64,000 nt of DNA from Lama guanicoe (lineage: Eukaryota): positions 9,939,352 to 10,003,351 of the forward strand of contig MU053934.1 of the NCBI GenBank assembly GCA_013239625.1, read 5' to 3'. A program made the position numbers and the translations under genes. The notes below the pieces were generated by a model. The model was not told the DNA's origin. It made no database searches and saw only the letters and a program-made list of their open reading frames with translations. How positions within the stretch are numbered: position 1 is the stretch's first letter; each line of letters starts with the position of its first letter. Shown one piece after another: positions 60,635-64,000 of the stretch.

Positions 60635-61175
60635 CTGGGGGACGAGAGCCCTGCCTTCAACGCGGACGCACGCCTGAGTGTTCCAGTTCTCTTCACGCGA
60701 CAGAAAGTTCAAAAAGCTTTCCTTAAAAATACTTTGCTCGCATGTTGGGTTTCTAAAATTAGATCCACTTAAAAAAACTGCAGACATCAGGCCTTCCTCT
60801 GACATTTATAAACACTGCAAAGAGCAGAACATCTGTACGTCCATCTAGTCACAGTCCACAATGCCAAGTCCGCAGAGATGTGCGGAGGGGCTCCCACTGG
60901 CTGGCCCGCTCCCCTCACTCAGCCCCCAGGGGCTCAGGGTCTGGACTGGCCCCTCCTGACCGCAGGGTGGGCCCCCCAGCTGGTGGGGGCACAGGAGGCC
61001 CGTGTAGTCAGTCCCATGGCCGCCCGTAGCAGGACCCCGACCTCTGGACACGCTGAACCAGCACCCCCCCCCAGTCTACACTGCAAGGACTGTGCACCCA
61101 CTTCACAGCAGGAGCCCGAAGCCGGGTGGGCTCATATCGCATCATCTGACAAAAACACACAAGGGAGGTGCTTAC

Positions 61176-61281
61176 CCTGCCCGGCAGGGCTTCCCGTCCC
61201 GCGGAGAGCCCACTGTGTGCTGCGCCGGGAGGAAAGACACCGTCCCTTCGTAGCAGTGATGGGAGAGGAAGGTCTTCAAAC
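61176..61281 (-). CDS. CERK: CERK exon (fifth from the 3' end)
   Basis: Minus strand gttcttag|(G)LKTFLSHHCYEGTVSFLPAQHTVGSPRDGKPCRA|gtaagc; 106 nt. Confidence 0.96.
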
Positions 61282-61763
61282 CTAAGAACAGAGCGAGATG
61301 GAGAAACACATCCACACACGTCACTTCTCAGGGAGGAGGCCTCACCGTCGGCTGCTGCAGGGCAGGGGGCATGGGTGACCCGAGACACCTGGTGACAGGG
61401 CGTCCGCAGGAGGCAGGGCCCGCCCGCTTGTCTCAGCTGCTACCACCACCCCGGGGACTGCAGGCTCCCGGCCACCACGCTGCCTTCCACGCCGGCAAAG
61501 GGGACATCTCTGCCACCAGCGACCCCTTGTGGCCTCGACGACGTGGCACCACTGAGACTCCTGGCTTTCCTAAGTTCTTCATCATTCCGTTCCCAAGATT
61601 CAGGTTTTAATAAATATGTAGCTTTGCACTTCTTACGTTTTAATTTTAAAACCATGCTAGTTTTATTAAGTGGACATTTTTAATGGATAAAGTTCACCAA
61701 GGTACCATTCCTTTCTCTCCCAAAGGGTTTAGATTTTAATGTTCGGAATTATTCAACTTAACA

Positions 61764-63982
61764 CAGGCAGACCTGGCTTTGGGGTGCTTCGCAGAGACAG
61801 CATTTTTTCTTAAAACAAGTTGAACGTTTGCGGCAACCCTGCGCCACTCTCCCCACANNNNNNNNNNNNNNNNNNNNNNNNNNNNNNNNNNNNNNNNNNN
61901 NNNNNNNNNNNNNNNNNNNNNNNNNNNNNNNNNNNNNNNNNNNNNNNNNNNNNNNNNNNNNNNNNNNNNNNNNNNNNNNNNNNNNNNNGGGCGTGACTAA
62001 CCGTGCTTGTGTAAGACGGTAAACTTAATTGATAGACATCCCGTGCTCTGACTCCCCCGACTGCCGCTCCCCAGTCCCGCCCTCTCCTCGGGCCTCCCTA
62101 GTCCCTGAGACACAACAATATTGAAAGTAGGCCAATTAACAACCTCCAATGGCTCCTAAGCATTCAAGTGAGAGTCCCGCGTCTCTCATTTTAAATCAAA
62201 ATCTAGAAATGACTAAGCTTTGTGAGGCAGGCAGGCCGGAAGACAGAAGAGGCTGAAAGCCGGGCCTCCTGTGCCAGAGTCATCCAGGCTGTGGACGCAA
62301 AGGAAAAGCTCCTGAGGGAAACTGAACGTGCTGCCCCAGCGAACACATGATGAGAAACGATAAGAGAGCGGAACAGCCTAATCGCTGACACGGAGAAAGT
62401 CTGAGTGGTCTGGACAGGAGATCAAAGCAGCCCAACATCCCCCTAAGCCAAAGCCGAACCTGGGTGAGGCCCGAACTCCCTACAACTGTGTACAGGCTGA
62501 GAGGTGAGGCCACTGCGGAGGGAAAATGTGAAGCCGGCAGAGGTGGGATCACGAGGGTTCGGGGAAGAAGTCTCACAACTCAGCGCAGGAGCAGCAGGTT
62601 CTCCACAGGATGCAGCGCAGACCCCTCGTGAAGGCGGCCGCGCTCAGCCTCGCATTTTCAACGCAGACAAAACGGCCTCGTATTGGAAGATGCCGCCGAG
62701 GACTTTGATAGCTGTAGAGAAGTCAGCACCTGGCTTCGAAGCTTCGAGGGACAGGCCGGCTCTCTCGTGAGGGGCTCACGCAGCTGGCGGCTTTCAGCTG
62801 AAGCCAGTGCTCGTCGCCCATTCCGCAATCCCTAGGCCCTTACGGTTCACGCCAGACCCACTCTGCCTGCGCTCTAGAAAAGCACCGTCAAAGCCCGCTT
62901 GTAACTACTTGTTAGCAACACGGTTTACTGAGTATCTGAAGCCCACTGTTGAGACCTACTGCTCAGTAAAAAAGATTCCTGTCAGATACGGCTGCTCGCT
63001 GGCAGCGCCTGGTCACTCAGGAGCTGATGGGCACGGCCAGTGAGATCCGTGTTCTCACGCCTGCAACACGACAGCCGTTCCACGGTGACGTCAACTTTCG
63101 AGTCTTATTCTTTAAGAAATACCTTTCGTGAGGTGGTGGCTGCCACGGACAGTGGCTTCTTTGATGGATCTGAGCAACGTCCACTGAGAACTTTCTGGAA
63201 AGGGCTCACCATTCCAGATGCGGCTAAAAACACTCGTGATTCACGGAAAAGGTAAAAATACCAACATTCACAGGAAGTTTGGAAGAAGTTGGTCCCCACC
63301 CGCACGGACGACTCTGAGGGGCTTAAGACGTCGGTGGAGGAAGTGACTGCAGACGTGGCGGAAACGGCAGGAGAGCAGAACTAGACGTGGAGCCGGAGAC
63401 GAGACTGAGCCGCCGCAGCCTCGGGAGGAGACGCGAACGGAGGAGGAGCTGCTGCTGACGGGTAAGGAAAGAGGGCGGCTTCTAGAGGTGGATTCTATCC
63501 CTGGTGAAGACGCCGGGAAGACTGTTGAAATGACCGAGAACCGTGCGTAAACTTAGCAGAGGAAGCAGCAGCCGGGTCCGAGAGGACTGACTCCAAATTT
63601 GAAAGAAGTTCCACTGAGGGTAACGTGCTGTCAAACAGCACTGCCTGCAACGGAGAAACTGCTCACGGAAGCTACTCGAGGTGGCAAACTTCACTGCTGT
63701 CTTATTTTAAGACGTTGCCACCGCCTCGCCAGCCTTCAGAACCTGCACCCTGACCGGCCAGCGGCCTCCCCAGCGGGGCCAGACCCGCCAGCAGCGAAGA
63801 TGGCCGCTTCCTGAAGGCTCGGGTGGTGGCCAGCATTTTTAAACCAAGCTGGGCACCGTTTTTACACATAATGCTATGCACGCTTACTACACGACAGCAT
63901 AGTGTGAATGTTGCTTTATTTTGCTAATTGCTTTCTTGAGGAGCTCTGGAACGGAACCCGAAGTATCTCCCCAGTGTGTCTA
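61764..63982 (+). mobile_element. Tigger1 (TcMar-pogo) DNA transposon, near full length, inactive; lies in a CERK intron
   Basis: Left end caggcagacct...ggcaaccctgcg; right end ctggaacggaacccgaagtatctcc; broken transposase peptides IFNADKTASYWKMPPRTLIA, TEYLKPTVETYCS, LRTFWKGLTIPDA. Confidence 0.9.
61858..61988. other. Assembly gap (131 N)
   Basis: Run of n. Confidence 1.
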
Positions 63983-64000
63983 ATAAATTTACCCAAGAGT

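Noticed and set aside
62504-63255. Active or domesticated Tigger transposase gene
   Set aside because: Frame broken by multiple stops and frameshifts, and the first catalytic-region motif is degenerate (NADKT)
1-64000. Numerous G-quadruplex-like G-runs and short repeats such as (GGGCCT)n near 34850, a 12-mer x3 near 5352 and (TCCA)n near 52300
   Set aside because: Background expectation for this base composition; none stands out positionally

Overview
Mammalian genomic DNA, GC-rich, most likely camelid given three tRNA-derived Vic-1-like SINEs. It is not prokaryotic. The + strand carries the complete coding region of GRAMD4. I could trace 18 coding exons from 12975 to 49593, all GT-AG and phase-consistent, totalling 1737 nt = 578 aa + stop, with a 3' UTR ending near an AATAAA at 51566. 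The - strand carries the last five coding exons and 3' UTR of CERK (ceramide kinase), convergent with GRAMD4 and about 3 kb away. The rest is intronic or intergenic: L1 fragments, MER58 hAT elements, a MaLR LTR, SINEs, a near full-length dead Tigger1 and a 131-nt assembly gap. Almost all ORFs in the track are GC-content artefacts. I found no new multi-gene system. The best second-look items concern RNA processing: a candidate in-frame 18-nt GRAMD4 microexon flanked by MBNL/QKI-type motifs, an array of decoy 5' splice sites, a uORF plus an internal in-frame donor around the start codon, and candidate poison exons in CERK. Repeat family names and comparisons with human proteins come from recalled sequences, not from a database search.
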